This document shows, piece by piece, positions 13,225 to 25,311 of a DNA stretch of 64,000 nt. The DNA is taken from NCBI GenBank assembly GCA_028534125.1, contig CM052816.1, positions 33,048,001 through 33,112,000 on the forward strand, written 5' to 3'. The translations under genes and the position numbers were made by a program. Under the pieces are notes generated by a model, which had not been told where the DNA came from, did not search any database, and saw nothing but the letters and a program-made list of their open reading frames with translations. The stretch's first letter is position 1; each line of letters opens with the position of its first letter. The stretch comes from Lama glama. Its lineage: Eukaryota.

Positions 13225-13570
13225 GCAGAGAGCTCCTAGATTTACCTAGTTTCAGTTCCGAGCATAACGCCTGGCACACAGTCGGAGCTCCGTGCATGGT
13301 TAGCCCGTGAGGAGTTGACAATCTAGGTAACAGAGAGGTGCGTATGAATAACCAGCAGTTACAGGAAGCTTGTGTGAGGGTCACAGTGGAAGTCCCGATA
13401 ATTCACTCCAAGACTGAAGGGGAGAGTCTCATGCAGTTCCCACTTGAGATGATTTAGAAAGATTTTATTGGAGAACGAGCGTTTGGGCTAAGCCTGCAAG
13501 CTGGCAAGGAGGGTTTCAACAGGTATAAAAACGAGAGATGGGTGAGAGGAGCGTCCAGGTGGGCAGAACC
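13225..13570. mobile_element. LINE-2 3' fragments
   Basis: GAGCATAACGCCTGGCACACAG followed by opposite-orientation L2-like GAGGAGTTGACAATCTAG... and TTTGGGCTAAGCCTG. Confidence 0.5.
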
Positions 13571-13885
13571 GCTGAAGGGAAAGCATCACAGGACTTATAC
13601 TGGGGACGGGGCCACCAGCAGATGAGCAGCTGGGGCTCTGGCTTGCTCAGGGGCCCCGCCTGCTCCTTACTGTTACTGATTTAAAACGTTAGAAACTGCT
13701 ATAGTAGCTAAAATGCAGGTTCCTTACACTCCTCAGAGAAAAGGCTCTGATTCAAATGGGAGAGAGATTTGAAAAGTTCAAGCTGTGTGTGTGTGAGAGA
13801 GAAACAGATAGAGAAATTTTTTCCTTTGTAATTCAGTAAGCTTCTCTAAATCTCAGTGTTTTCAATATATGAGTCTTAGAATCTA

Positions 13886-14019
13886 TTTTTTCTTTTTTTG
13901 TAATTTTTTGGGGGGCAACTAGGTTTTTAGTTATTTATTTAATGGCAATACTAGGGATTGAACTCAAGACCTTGTGTGTGCTGTGCACATGCTCTACCAC
14001 TGAGGTATACTCTCCCCCC
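13886..14019 (-). mobile_element. Camelid tRNA-derived SINE (Vic-1 type)
   Basis: Reverse complement reads GGGGGGAGAGTATACCTCAGTGGTAGAGCATGTGC...GAGTTCAATCCCTAGTA...AAATAAATAAC...CCCCCC plus an A-rich tail. Confidence 0.88.
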
Positions 14020-15143
14020 ACCTTTTCTTTCTTCCTTTAGATGCCAGTTGGAGAAAACATGTAAAACTACTCTTGAAAACATCCTTTTCTTTCTCACCTC
14101 AGCAGAAAGAAGAGTGTACAACTGGTATTTGGACCCTGATTAAAACACCATGACTCAGTAACCTCCCTCCCTGCAGGAGGGGCCTGGCTTCACTTCCAAA
14201 TAAGCCTGAAGGGGACACTCTACTAATAGTTTCCCAAATGACAGGCTGACCTCAGTTGCATTGATAGGAACACTGTATCCAGCACAGAAAAGGATGGGAG
14301 TCTAACCACACGCAGAGCTAGTCAGGCATCTGGAGGAAGGTGCTCATGCCAAAGTACCATCCTAAGAGCACGGAGAGGCCAGACCATCCAGAGGGATGGG
14401 AGCTACCTGGAGACCACGGGGAGTGAGGAATGACTGCCTGAATTCTCTCAAGTTCTGTCTGAAGAACGACTTAGTGGGAAGAGGGGGAGGTAAAGGACTA
14501 CCATTACTTTCCACCTACTCTGTCCTTTGTCACCCACCCCATCATCCCCCATCTTCATAACTCCCAATTCTATTTTTCAGTTGTGCAAACTGAAGCCCAC
14601 AGAGGTTACAGTAAACATCCAAAGTCACAAAGCTGGTAAGTAGAATGAATGCCTGATGCCAACTGCCCTCTGCCCCCTACTCTGTAAACACACAAGCTCC
14701 TTTGACAGCTGACACTTAATTTTTAGTGATCTTCCAAAGAACTGTCATCTCTAAATGCTGGAGTCTGCTCTCCTCAGAGTGTTTTCCCACTTATTAGCAT
14801 TGTGTGCTTGTTGTGATGAATTTGGATAATATCAATACTTTGGCAGAACATAACAGGATAGCTCAGGTCCTTAACCCAAAGCTGTTTCTATTTAAGACAG
14901 TCCAAAAAAGCTACAACATCAGCTTCTAACTCTCTGCCACCCACTCTCCCACCAACTCAACTGATTTTCCTTAACTACTAGGTATAATTTAATTTTTTGT
15001 TTGGACTGGCTAGAAAGATGTTGGAAGGAAAATTAGTTTAAACTTGTAAAACTTTATTTTGCTCATTGGTGGAATAGCACACGGTTTCCTATAGTGGTTC
15101 AGTTTCCATAATCCTACAGGAACAGAGGTCAGCCAGGGCTTAC

Positions 15144-15207
15144 TTTTTCATTAAAATTATCAAAAGAAGAAACGGACAGGTGTAAGTCAAACAAGTTAAG
15201 TCTGCAA
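15144..15207 (-). other. ZBTB38: 64-nt 5'-UTR exon with tandem acceptors
   Basis: Minus strand GTTTGTGTGTTCTGCAG|TTGCAG|ACTTAAC...TAATGAAAAA|GTAAGC, with two CAG acceptors 6 nt apart. Confidence 0.5.
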
Positions 15208-17694
15208 CTGCAGAACACACAAACTCTGCGTAAAATCTTTAAATTCCACGGAGAGAGGTGTACTGGATAGCTAATAGCTTCAACTTCACATCTCCCCTCT
15301 AGGATTACACTCTGAAATAGACAGACAACCTTAACTTGGTATAAAGGACCCACTGACATACATTGTAGTGATAGAAAGAAAGAAAAAATTACTCGTTAAC
15401 TCTTAGAAACTCCATCTCCAAACCCAAATCTCATCTCCTGCACCTTTTAACTGAAAGGGATAAAAGAGAAGGATGGCAAAGGCCCCCAGGGGAGACCACA
15501 GGCAGCTAATGAAAACGCACAATCACATCTACCTCTTCAACACTGGTCTAAAAACACGCAATCACTGTCAGGCCACCGAAGGCTGTTAACCATTCCATGT
15601 GTAAACAGCCTTCCCACAATGGGTGAAGCTTCACCTTAACGAGAGGGGGCAGGCAGGGCTGAATTCCTCCCAGTTTGGATCCTGACTGTAAGCTGTCTCC
15701 AAGACAAGGTCCCCATGTTCCTGGCAATCAGGGGAGTGAGAGGGTGAGGAAGGCAGCTATTTGACGGGAGTAGGGTTATCCTACTGAGCGAGTCTCACTC
15801 AGCAAGATACAAGTCCAAGAGGGAACGAGCGACTGCTCTACAGACCTGAAAACTTCGAGGAACAGTAAATGGCTCTGACCAGTGAAGGAGACATCATGCC
15901 CAACCTGTGTTCACAACCCTAACCCATTAGAAGGGTCCACACAACAGGGGCCATCTATCTTTTTGAAAGTTCTAAGAATTCTGACTACATGATTCTAAAA
16001 TTCCTGGACACACGATTTCCCAACTCAGAGGAGATGAGAGGCAACAAATTAAAAGGCTAGAGACAGCCACACAGGTAACGCAAGAAGTGACAGCTGACAG
16101 AAGGGTGAGAAAGAATTGTTTTAAAAAGTCAACCCCATTTAAAAACTCAGCCTCAATCCAGGGCCACTGAGAGGGACAAATGGCTTTACAAACTTCAGTT
16201 GCTCCTGAGTCATTACCATTCCCAAGCATGCTAAAATAATTTACAAGAAGTGTGGGAGAGAAATATGGCTTGGTAGCAGAACATATAAAAGAGATTTAGG
16301 AATTTTAGTTCACACGAAGTTCATGGTGAATTAAACGTGCCTGGGGCTGCCAGGAGCCCTACAGTCTTAGGACACAGTAACAGAGGCTGTGTCGGGAGAG
16401 TGAGCGGGGAGGTGACGCCTCCCAACCCCACACCCCAGTCACACAGTCCATTTCCAGGCTCCTTGTTCTTGAAGAAGATTCCTGTTCCAGAAGAACAAAT
16501 TAAATGTGCATTCAGAGGAGAGGCACCAGGACCCTGAGAGCAGAAAATGAGTAATATGAGAAAGAGGTTTTCCTTGGTTGTTATTTTTAGGTGGAAGGAT
16601 GGGGTCGGGGGTGGGGGGAGGCAGTTACTAAACCCAGTGTGCAGGACTGAATGAGAGTTGCTGCTTCTGAGGTGGGGTGGGGGTCCCTGGGGGAACTTGG
16701 AGAAAGGAGGACTCCTGGGGTTCCCAAGGGAGGACACACATCTGTGCTGCAACTGATCCTCTCAACAATCTGACCCCGTCTGCATGGTATCACTGGCTCA
16801 GACTCAGGCTAGGGGAACCCAGAGCGTGGGTGACACCGTGTGTGTGTGCCAGGGGCACTTGAAGCCACAATGTATGTGGTCTGGTGTGTGTGGGGTAGGG
16901 GTTTACAAACTGGCCATACAAACACCCTCTCCTTGGTCTGCACAGCCCTCCTCCTCTGAGTCTGTTTTAAATAGGAATGGATTTAACAGGAAAATCTATT
17001 TCCGGATTTCTTTAAACCTCCTGAACTCCGGCAGCCCAGGCCTGCAGTGGGCATGTGACAACGGTCTAGCAGTGAGGGCGGCGTCCCCCCTCGGCCAGTG
17101 CCTTCCGTAGTTAACACTACCTCCTTTTAAACAAAAACAAACACACCTCCTAGCCCACTTCATTGATCTCACTTGCCCTGCCTAGCATCTGAGTTTGCAA
17201 AGTCTGCCCTAGAGCAAGACTGTACTTGATTCAAACATAACAAAATGTTTTCCTGTTTAAGACTGACAGCAATATATCACAAAATAAAACAGGCTCCCCA
17301 ACATCTGGCCCCCACCAGCCATCCCTAGAACATCTCAACTTCCACTCCTTGTTGCTTCTCACCTGTCCCCACATAACCAGTCTGTCCTTTAACTCTTCAC
17401 ATGTCCCAAGAAGCTCCGTCCTTAATGTACAAATGCCACACCCTTCTGTCCCCACTCGTCCTTCAAAGTCACCCTCGATATTACCTCCTCCTAGACGCAG
17501 ACGCCAAGGTCTCCTTGACAACATTAGAGCTCTTCCTTCTGTGTTCTTACATTGTAAAAATGAAAACAACAAACACCACCTTGAAAATATCCCCAATACG
17601 ACAACCTTTGTTTCGTGCTGCTCAGCCTGTCTGTATTTATACCACCTCATTTAGGACGCAGAGCACTGCTGTTTGAAAGGCCACATTAGTGTGT

Positions 17695-17885
17695 ATTCAC
17701 GAGGTGGTTAAAAGCCTGGGCTCTGTAGCCGAGTGCACAAAGACTTGGGTTTCTGCACCAGCTCTCACTGGCTCTGTGATCGTAGACTCGTTTCCTCGCT
17801 TTCTCTTTATGAAAATGGAATGAGAGCAGTCAGTGGATGGGGCTGTCATGACGATCACAACTTAGACAAGGCAGTCTTTGGCAGT
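17695..17885 (+). mobile_element. MIR SINE (diverged)
   Basis: GGTGGTTAAAAGCCTGGGCTCTG...CTCACTGGCTCTGTGA...TGAAAATGGAAT. Confidence 0.6.
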
Positions 17886-19214
17886 CTGGGGAGACCCTAG
17901 GATAGGTCCACTCCAAATTCCACAGTAAGACTGGGGCTTTCGGTAGGAATCCTGTTTGCAGAGAGAGGGAGACAGCACCGGCCTGAGAACACCCCATGTT
18001 CCCCAGAAACAGTGCCACCTGACCCAGAGTTGGGATCCTCGGAGTATCTAACAAGACACTGAGAGAGTGCCTATTCCTAAAGCAGATTCAATACCCACCC
18101 ACCTACGTCCGCAGCAAAGAGCCCAGTCCCATTTACGTCTGTCATAGAATTCCTCGAATAGGTGTTTGCATTTTACCGTGACCAACCCCCGAATACCCTT
18201 CCAGTCCTAACACCCTTTAGAGTCTAAGTTGGCTGCGAAGACCTCGCCTCCCACGTGGTAAAAAAACAAACACTCAGCAAGCTCCCAAACACCCCGTAAG
18301 TGTCATTCAGTCCAGCAGGGATTGTTGTAATAAAACACACGAGCAGCAGTGTGGGTGCCCATGACCGAAAGAGGAAAACCAAATGGACTCGCTCTCCCAA
18401 AGAGGTAGGCTCTGTGAGCCCCACCGGGTTCCACGGAACCCACATCGCAAGCCAGGTTCCTCACAGCCGTATTGCCTACGCAAAACAGATCGAGGGACAA
18501 AGACCTAACAATGGGGAGATGAGCACAGCTAGTGTGTGGCCCTGTGGCGGGTGGGGGGTGGGGTGGGGGGGGCGTGATCCCATTGTCATTCTAGAGATGA
18601 GAAAGGAGGAGCAAGTAAACCAGGCCACAAATGAGCCTCTGACTCCCGGGGCTTTGAAAAGGGCATGTGAAAGCAGCCATGCATTATTTAGAGTTAAGGA
18701 GGCCGGGACCTCAGATGGGAATTGAAATAACAGATCCAGCTTCTACCAAAGCCAGCTTGTCCGGATTACACACAAGCCTGTGGTTGTTTCTGGATGCCCC
18801 ATCTTCCTGTATAAATGCATCGCAGCCACGATCGGGTGTTGTCGGGCTTCATGAAAAGACAAGAGCCAGCTGACAAAAGAAATTCATCTCGTTGTTTACC
18901 AAAAGGAGGTAAAAAAGATTCTAATTATTCCACACCATCATGGAACAGGTAACCAAGAAACAGAGAATCATGTGTCTGAATTTAGTTTCAAAGGACAGCC
19001 ACAGTGGCGGCAGGTGTGTGGCTGCTAAGTTTATATTATCAGTAAGCAAATGTGACCGAGAGGCTGAAGGCTTTACGTTTTTATAATCATTAAGTAAAGA
19101 CGCAGTATGCAAAAAGCAACAGCAGAGGAAAGGGGGAGATCGGGACGGAGCTGCACACACTCCTCAGAGGGCGTGGTGCGCAGATGCCAACTCACATCTA
19201 ACCTGCACGTCAGA

Positions 19215-19405
19215 GGTACTGTACACACTTCACCCCATTTAATCATCACAGCAGCCCTTCAGGGAGGGTGCTGTTGATATTCCCATCCTCTAACTGTGAG
19301 GGAACTGAGTCTCAGAGGCTGAATACTGTGTCCAGGACCACGCTGGTCAGCCACTGGCAGAGCCTGGAATTAAAATGTCTGTCTGACTCCAAAGCCCTGC
19401 CTTAT
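19215..19405 (-). mobile_element. MIR SINE (diverged)
   Basis: CATTTAATCATCACAGCAGCCC...GGGAACTGAGTCTCAGAGG...GGCAGAGCCTGGAATT...GTCTGACTCCAAAGCCC. Confidence 0.7.
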
Positions 19406-19874
19406 ACTTAGGTAAATGCTGAGCTCCATGGAAGATCAAAACAGAGAACCCCAAAAGCCAGTATTAGACAATGCAAATGAGAAAAGGATACTCAGCAAGG
19501 AAAAGTGAATGTGAGAAGAGAAATGCTTGTCATTCCACAGGACCAAGCTGAACTTTTCGCAACAGATTGTCTGCACGCAGAGCCCAGCAGCAGCTTCTCC
19601 ATGGACGAGGTGGGCTGTCCCTGGGCCCTGAGATGAGCCATTACGGTACAAAGCACCCAGGGGAACGAAGGAGGCACCTGAGCAGAACCTCTATCGCCTC
19701 CAAAGGCCTCCCCCAGCATTTATGAAGCAATCCAGTGTGTGCCCTCTGAGCTACAGCCCTTACTCTGCTAGGACACCCTCTCTGAAAGAGGCTGATGTCC
19801 TAGATTATGACCTACAGTCAAATGTCCCCTGGAGCAGTGAGACTCTCAGCTGTGTCTCTGGTGGAGGGACTCAC

Positions 19875-19938
19875 TCGAGACCATCCCCTGATTTCACAGG
19901 ACAGGAAAAAGAAATGGCAGATTTAGCCTAATTTTACA
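19875..19938 (-). other. ZBTB38: 64-nt 5'-UTR exon
   Basis: Minus strand CCATTCTCGTCTGTTTAAG|TGTAAAATT...GGGGATGGTCTCGA|GTGAGT. The donor is strong and the AAG acceptor is weaker; an alternative TAG acceptor lies at plus 19928-19929. Confidence 0.45.
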
Positions 19939-20389
19939 CTTAAACAGACGAGAATGGTGCTTGAAGGACCAGAAGACTGAAGCAGAGATGGACCACGCGG
20001 GTCTGTCAGAGACATTCAGCATACTTATGAGGCAGGTCAACAGCAAGGGCAACCTCCAAACAAGCAGACCCAACCTGCACATTCACCTGGATGCACCCTG
20101 CCCTCCTGAGAGGTCCACTGAGGAGCACAGGCACTGGCTTCCATGATGCTATGGCCACTCACTCATTTACTGTCTCTCTGACCGCCACACCAAATTCTAA
20201 TTAAAAACTAGCATTTTCCTGATTTATTATCTACCTCACTCAGATTTAATACAACTGCCTTTTCTTTTAAAAAAAATCCAATTTGTCCCCAAAGGATGAA
20301 GATTTGCGGCTACTGAAAGGTCACAGGAATGTTCAGTGGTCTTTACAAGGAATTCCAAATGAAGAGCTCCCCCAATGTCATCTCTGTTT

Positions 20390-21345
20390 CCTCCCTTTTA
20401 TCAGAAAAGACTTAGGACACAGAAGAGTACGTAACTATACCATGTACTGCCTACCTCGATTTAGTAAACGTCAACTCTTATGTCATAGCCGCTTCCAGAT
20501 TTTTTTTGAAAGGAAATATCATGTTACAGCTACACCTGAAGACCCCTTTTGTGTCCATCCTTGACCCCATTCTCTTCCTCAAAGACAGCCACTCCACTGC
20601 AGCTGGGGTGAACCTACCCTGCGAGATTTCCAAACAACAGAACCTTCCATACACCTATGAAATTGTTTATCTTTTTTTTTCAATTCTGTATGTAGCTTTC
20701 TCTTATACATAGCCTTTGATATGTTGCTCCTTTCCGTTCACCGTTATAAGGTTATCTATACTGATACAGCTATATTAATGGAGTATTGATCTTAACGGCT
20801 TCCTTTTCATTGTTCACAGTCTTTAAGTAGTGTCCATTTTAACCGCTGTGTAATATTCCATCATATGACGATTTCATAGTTTGTTAACTCACTGACTGCT
20901 CCAAGTTTCAGCTGTCTTTAGTGTGTTTCCTACTACGAATAATGTGGGAAGTAGAGTCCTCTACTTGTCCCCCTGTACGTCTCCAGGACATACCTAGAGG
21001 TGGAACTGCTAGACCACCTTCAAGTTTCCCAGGAAGCTGCCCACATACTTTTCTAAATCGTGGTACCAATTTTACACTCCTACCAGCGTGGTATGAGAGT
21101 GGCTACTGGTTTTCATCATGGTAGAAACTGTACAATTAGTTTAATTTTTGATAAATGAATGGGTGTGAACATAATCCTTTATTTTTTTTCCTCAGGGGAG
21201 GTAATTAGGTTTCTTCATTGACTTCCACTTTGAGGAGGTACCAGGGATCGAACCCAGGACCTCTTGGGTGCTGAGCATGAATTCTACCACTTGAGCTATA
21301 CACTTCACCCAACATCTTTCTTTAATATTTGTTCCTACTCACATT
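20390..21345 (-). mobile_element. Ancient L1M 3' end
   Basis: GTGTAATATTCCATCATATGA, CATACCTAGAGGTGGAACTGCT and GTACCAATTTTACACTCCTACCAGCGTGGTATGAGAGT. Confidence 0.7.
21182..21310 (-). mobile_element. Camelid tRNA-derived SINE (Vic-1 type) inserted in an old L1
   Basis: A-box TAGCTCAAGTGG, B-box GGTTCGATCC and AAACCTAATTACCTCCCC tail. Degenerate TSD aacataatccttta / aacatctttcttta. Confidence 0.88.
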
Positions 21346-21600
21346 TCAGTGTGACGAGGAATTTGAGCTTTTGAGGCAGAATGCTGGCTTTGAATCCTGG
21401 CTCTATAATCTATAATTCATGTAACACTGGTAAAGTTCCTTGGCCTCCCTAAACTTCAGTTTTCATGCATGTAATATGGTGGATATAAGAATAGCATCTT
21501 CCTAGAGACATTACTGTGATTAAATATTGTGCTTAAAGCACCTGATACAATGTCTGGGACATAGCAAGTGCTCAATAAATGCTAGTTGCTATCATCAACA
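21345..21600 (+). mobile_element. MIR SINE
   Basis: TTTGAATCCTGGCTCT...CTAAACTTCAGTTTTC...TGGGACATAGCAAGTGCTCAATAAATGCTAG. Confidence 0.8.
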
Positions 21601-22794
21601 ACCTTATCATCAAAAAGCAGTCTCAAAGTAAAAGCCTACCCTTTGGGTGTAAACCCATTTTACAGGGGATGAAACTGAGCCCAAGAACTTAACTGGATGG
21701 TCCCCCTGGGATCACTGTGACTCATTAAAGCAGAGCCAGGACCAGGTGACTCCATGTCTTCCAGTCTATGTATCACTGTGTGGCACTGCCTCACATATCC
21801 TCTACTGAGCATATAATCATGCTGCACAACAGTCAGAGAATAAATCAAAGTGAATGCAAATCAGCAAAGTAGCCAAGAGGCTCTGGAGTGCTGTGGGCAT
21901 AATCAGAATCTGTGAAAACATGGTTCAAGTTGAAAAAAGATGTATTTTGCATTCAAGGACATGGGTGCGTACCACCACATTTAATTTTAAAAGGCCAGAC
22001 ACTTGCTTTCTATTAGCCACAATTTTAATTAAAGTCACCCATAAAGAGGCAGCCCTGACCACCACTGCTGCAGCTGTGTGATGTGCTGGCAGGAGAAGCC
22101 TCAGGCTTCCTTCCCAGCAGTGGGCTAGGACAGTCACATTCGCCTTCCTAGGTCCTGGCCTAAACGGCCAGTTCAGGGCCCATGACAGCCTGTTGACGCA
22201 GCTGAGCCACCTGCAGCCCACCATCTCTCCACCCGGGCTCTCCCATCAGCATCCAGTCAGCTGTTAAAGTGCCCACAAGGTCCCCATGTTTCCTGCCTAG
22301 ACAGCTGCTGTGACAGTCTTGGTCAAACTACTGGGAAATGAGCTAAGGGCACAGCTTACAGGTCAGGGGACTAGATGTTAGAGAACTAGTTAGCAGTCTT
22401 TTGCTTGCATTTGCAAGGCTGCCCCAAGTCATGAAGGCCTTAACTGGTCACTTGGTATCCACTTCCATGTGGAGCTAAGCAGGGGTAGGGCTTCCAGAAG
22501 AACCTGTAAGAACTCTGACATCAGAAAGCTTTAAAGGATGCAAGCCACAGGAAAGAAGGCGCTTGCAACACAGAAAACAAATCTAGGGGGGAAACTTGTC
22601 CCTGAGTCACACCTAAAGAGTGTAGAGTTAGTCAGTATCAATTCTCCCTTCCGCTAGTAAAACTCAATATACAGACAAAACCACCACAAAGATTAGGGTG
22701 TGGCAGAACCCAGAAGCTGCTACAATAATATCCGCCAGGAGCTGGTATAACAGGACAGAAACACCTTAATGGCTCAAGAATTACAGCAGCTACT

Positions 22795-22925
22795 GGGGGA
22801 AGGTATAGCTCAGTGGTCTCAGTTCGCACAAGATCCTGGGTTCAATCCCCAGTACCTCCATTTATAATTAATTAATTAATAAACAAACCTAATCTCTCCC
22901 CCCAAAATAACAACAACAACAAAAA
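22795..22925 (+). mobile_element. Camelid tRNA-derived SINE (Vic-1 type), internally shortened
   Basis: GGGGGAAGGTATAGCTCAGTGG...CCTGGGTTCAATCCCCAGTACCTCC. TSD aattacagcagcta (22779-22792) / aattacagcatcta (22926-22939). Confidence 0.9.
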
Positions 22926-24811
22926 AATTACAGCATCTAGAGATGGTAAAAGGCTATGGCAAGGAGGCCTGGGCAGGGGTGAGAGGAAGGGTGTGAAGAC
23001 ACCCACTGAGCCAACTCCTTTCTCTGGAGGCCTGCCTCACTCTGAGAGGCAAAGAAAAACAAAAGATGGCCCTCAAGTTTCAGGATGGAGCTGTCTCCTG
23101 AAAACAAGCCCCATTCCTGCATCCACAACCATCTTTAGCGCCAAAGGAAAGTACCCGGAAGTGGAAGAGGGGGATGAAGTGAGGGCCAAGCTCGGGGCTG
23201 GCACACAGCAGGCGTGAGCAGGACAGCTGGTCCTCACCGGATTACAGACAGCGTTTTAAAGGAGCAGAAATCATCAAACACAAACATTCAGACCCCTCTT
23301 TCTGGCATCACTCATCACACTACACACAGGCTCCTGACTGTCACGGAGGGGGAGGTGGACGCCGCTGCCCTGTCTGTGCTCCCAGTGTCTTCCCACCAGT
23401 CATGACGACTGTGGCACAGGTGGGAAGGAGGTCCACCCCCATCAGCCTCCACGGCAGCTTCCCATACATTTTTTTCCGATCCTTATTCTTCCAAGCATCT
23501 CCGTTTTTGAGATTTCTTTCCAAGTGTTTACCCTGTTCTCAAGCCACTCTAACTCCCGGTCAGCTGTCTACAGCTCTCATTTCATGTCAGCCCTGGCCTT
23601 TGTTTCTGCCAGTCTCCGTTCCTCCCAGCCCTTCAGAAGAACAAGGGGGTCCCCTCTCTTTTCTCACACGTCCCTTTCTGGCCCTGGCCCAGGCAGGCGC
23701 ATCAGTGGTCCCGGTGAGACAGTTTCCCAGACCACAACGTGGGCAAGCAGCGCTTGTCCTGAGCATGACGTCACAGGGTCCGGAGACCACCCAGCCCTCC
23801 CCGCTGGACCACACTCCCCCATGGCCAGGCTGTCATCCTCAGTGAAGCAAAGGAGGGACAGCTGATGGAGGAAAGAGGGACGCAAGGGAAAGGAAGGTGA
23901 CAACCCCGGGGGCTCCCTGATCGCACAGTGACACAGGCAGAGATTCCCTCCTTAAACTTTGGCAGCACTATTTCCTGAGCCGCACCTCTGTGCACATGAA
24001 GAACAGAAAGGAAGCAGGGTCACAGGGCAAAGGATGATGCCACCACTTTTGGGTTTCTTTTTTACATGATGGTGAAGGTGACACAAAAGGCTGCAGAGGA
24101 GCAACTGGGAAGAGCGGCTGGCTGGGGGCCATTTGCCCCAGCAAGTGCACATCCACATTCTATTGGTCCCAGGGCCACAGTCCCACCATCTCTGCCCCTC
24201 CCTCATGCAACGTCCACCCACCTGGCCCTGAATACAGGCCCACACCTGACAGCGTACCCAGAGCTGGGGGTGTTATGATGAGGCCAAACTATTAGATCAA
24301 GGCACCTGTTGAAAACCACCTTTGAGCGCATTCTACAGGGCTTCCGATTCAGAAAAGAACATTCTCTGGGAGACTTTGTTGTCAATGATGATAAACCACG
24401 AGAGGGAAGGTACCAGTCCCTCACTAAGAACTTTCGCCCTTCTCCTGACCATGAGATTATATAGAAAATTTGTAAGTTAAAAAAAAGACACCGTAAGGAG
24501 AAAACACCACCTGTAACCCCACCACTGTCTGCGAGGTAGCAGCACCCTGTGCACGCACTCGTAAACGAGAGTTCAAGACACTAACGTGTAAATTTTGACA
24601 CCGGCTCTGACCCTGACGGTGGGATGTATAGTTTAACAATTTAAGCCTTATACTTTACTTATTTGCAGAAACGAGAGTCATCCCACCTTCCCCGCAGATT
24701 TGTGAGGACTAAAAGATGATGCAGGCAAAGCACACCCTCCAGTCCAGACACGGAAGCACTTGGTAAGTGACAGCAGATTTCACTAGGAAATTCTCTCATT
24801 CATTTAGATTT

Positions 24812-25311
24812 CGTGTTAGTTTCCTGTGGCTGCTGTAACAAATTACCATAGACTTAGTGACTCAAAACAACACACTTATTATCTTACAGCTCTGGAGGTC
24901 AGTCTCGAGCCATTTCACTCAGACCAAAATTAAGACTTCGAGAGACTCTGGGAGAGAATTCGTTTCCTCTTCTCTTCCAGGTCCTGGTGGTGACTGGCAC
25001 TCCTTGGCTCAAGGCCCCTTCCTTCTTTCATCTCTAAAGCAGAGGCCTCGCTCTTCCAGTCTCTCTCAGACTTGGATTCCCTGTTTCTGTCATCACATCT
25101 CTTCCTTCTGACTTCCATCTTCCTGCCTCCCTCTTATAAAGACCCTTTTGCTCATACTGGGGCCGCCTGGTAATGCAAGATACCACTTCCATCTCAAGAC
25201 CAACCTAATCACACATGCAAAGTCCCTTTTATCACGTAAGGGAACACATTCATAAATTCTAGGGATCAGGATGTGCACATCCTGGGTGGGGTGCCCTTAT
25301 TCAACCGTCCA
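24812..25311 (-). mobile_element. MLT1-family (ERVL-MaLR) solo LTR, MLT1D-like length
   Basis: Hallmark TTAGTTTCCTGTGGCTGCTGTAACAAATTACC...ATTATCTTACAGCTCTGGAGGTCAG and CTAGGGATCAGGATGTGCACATC termini; about 500 bp. Confidence 0.88.

Noticed and set aside
23402..23903. Several overlapping ORFs of 75-147 aa
   Set aside because: GC-rich, stop-poor sequence open in many frames on both strands; no homology or exon structure recognised.
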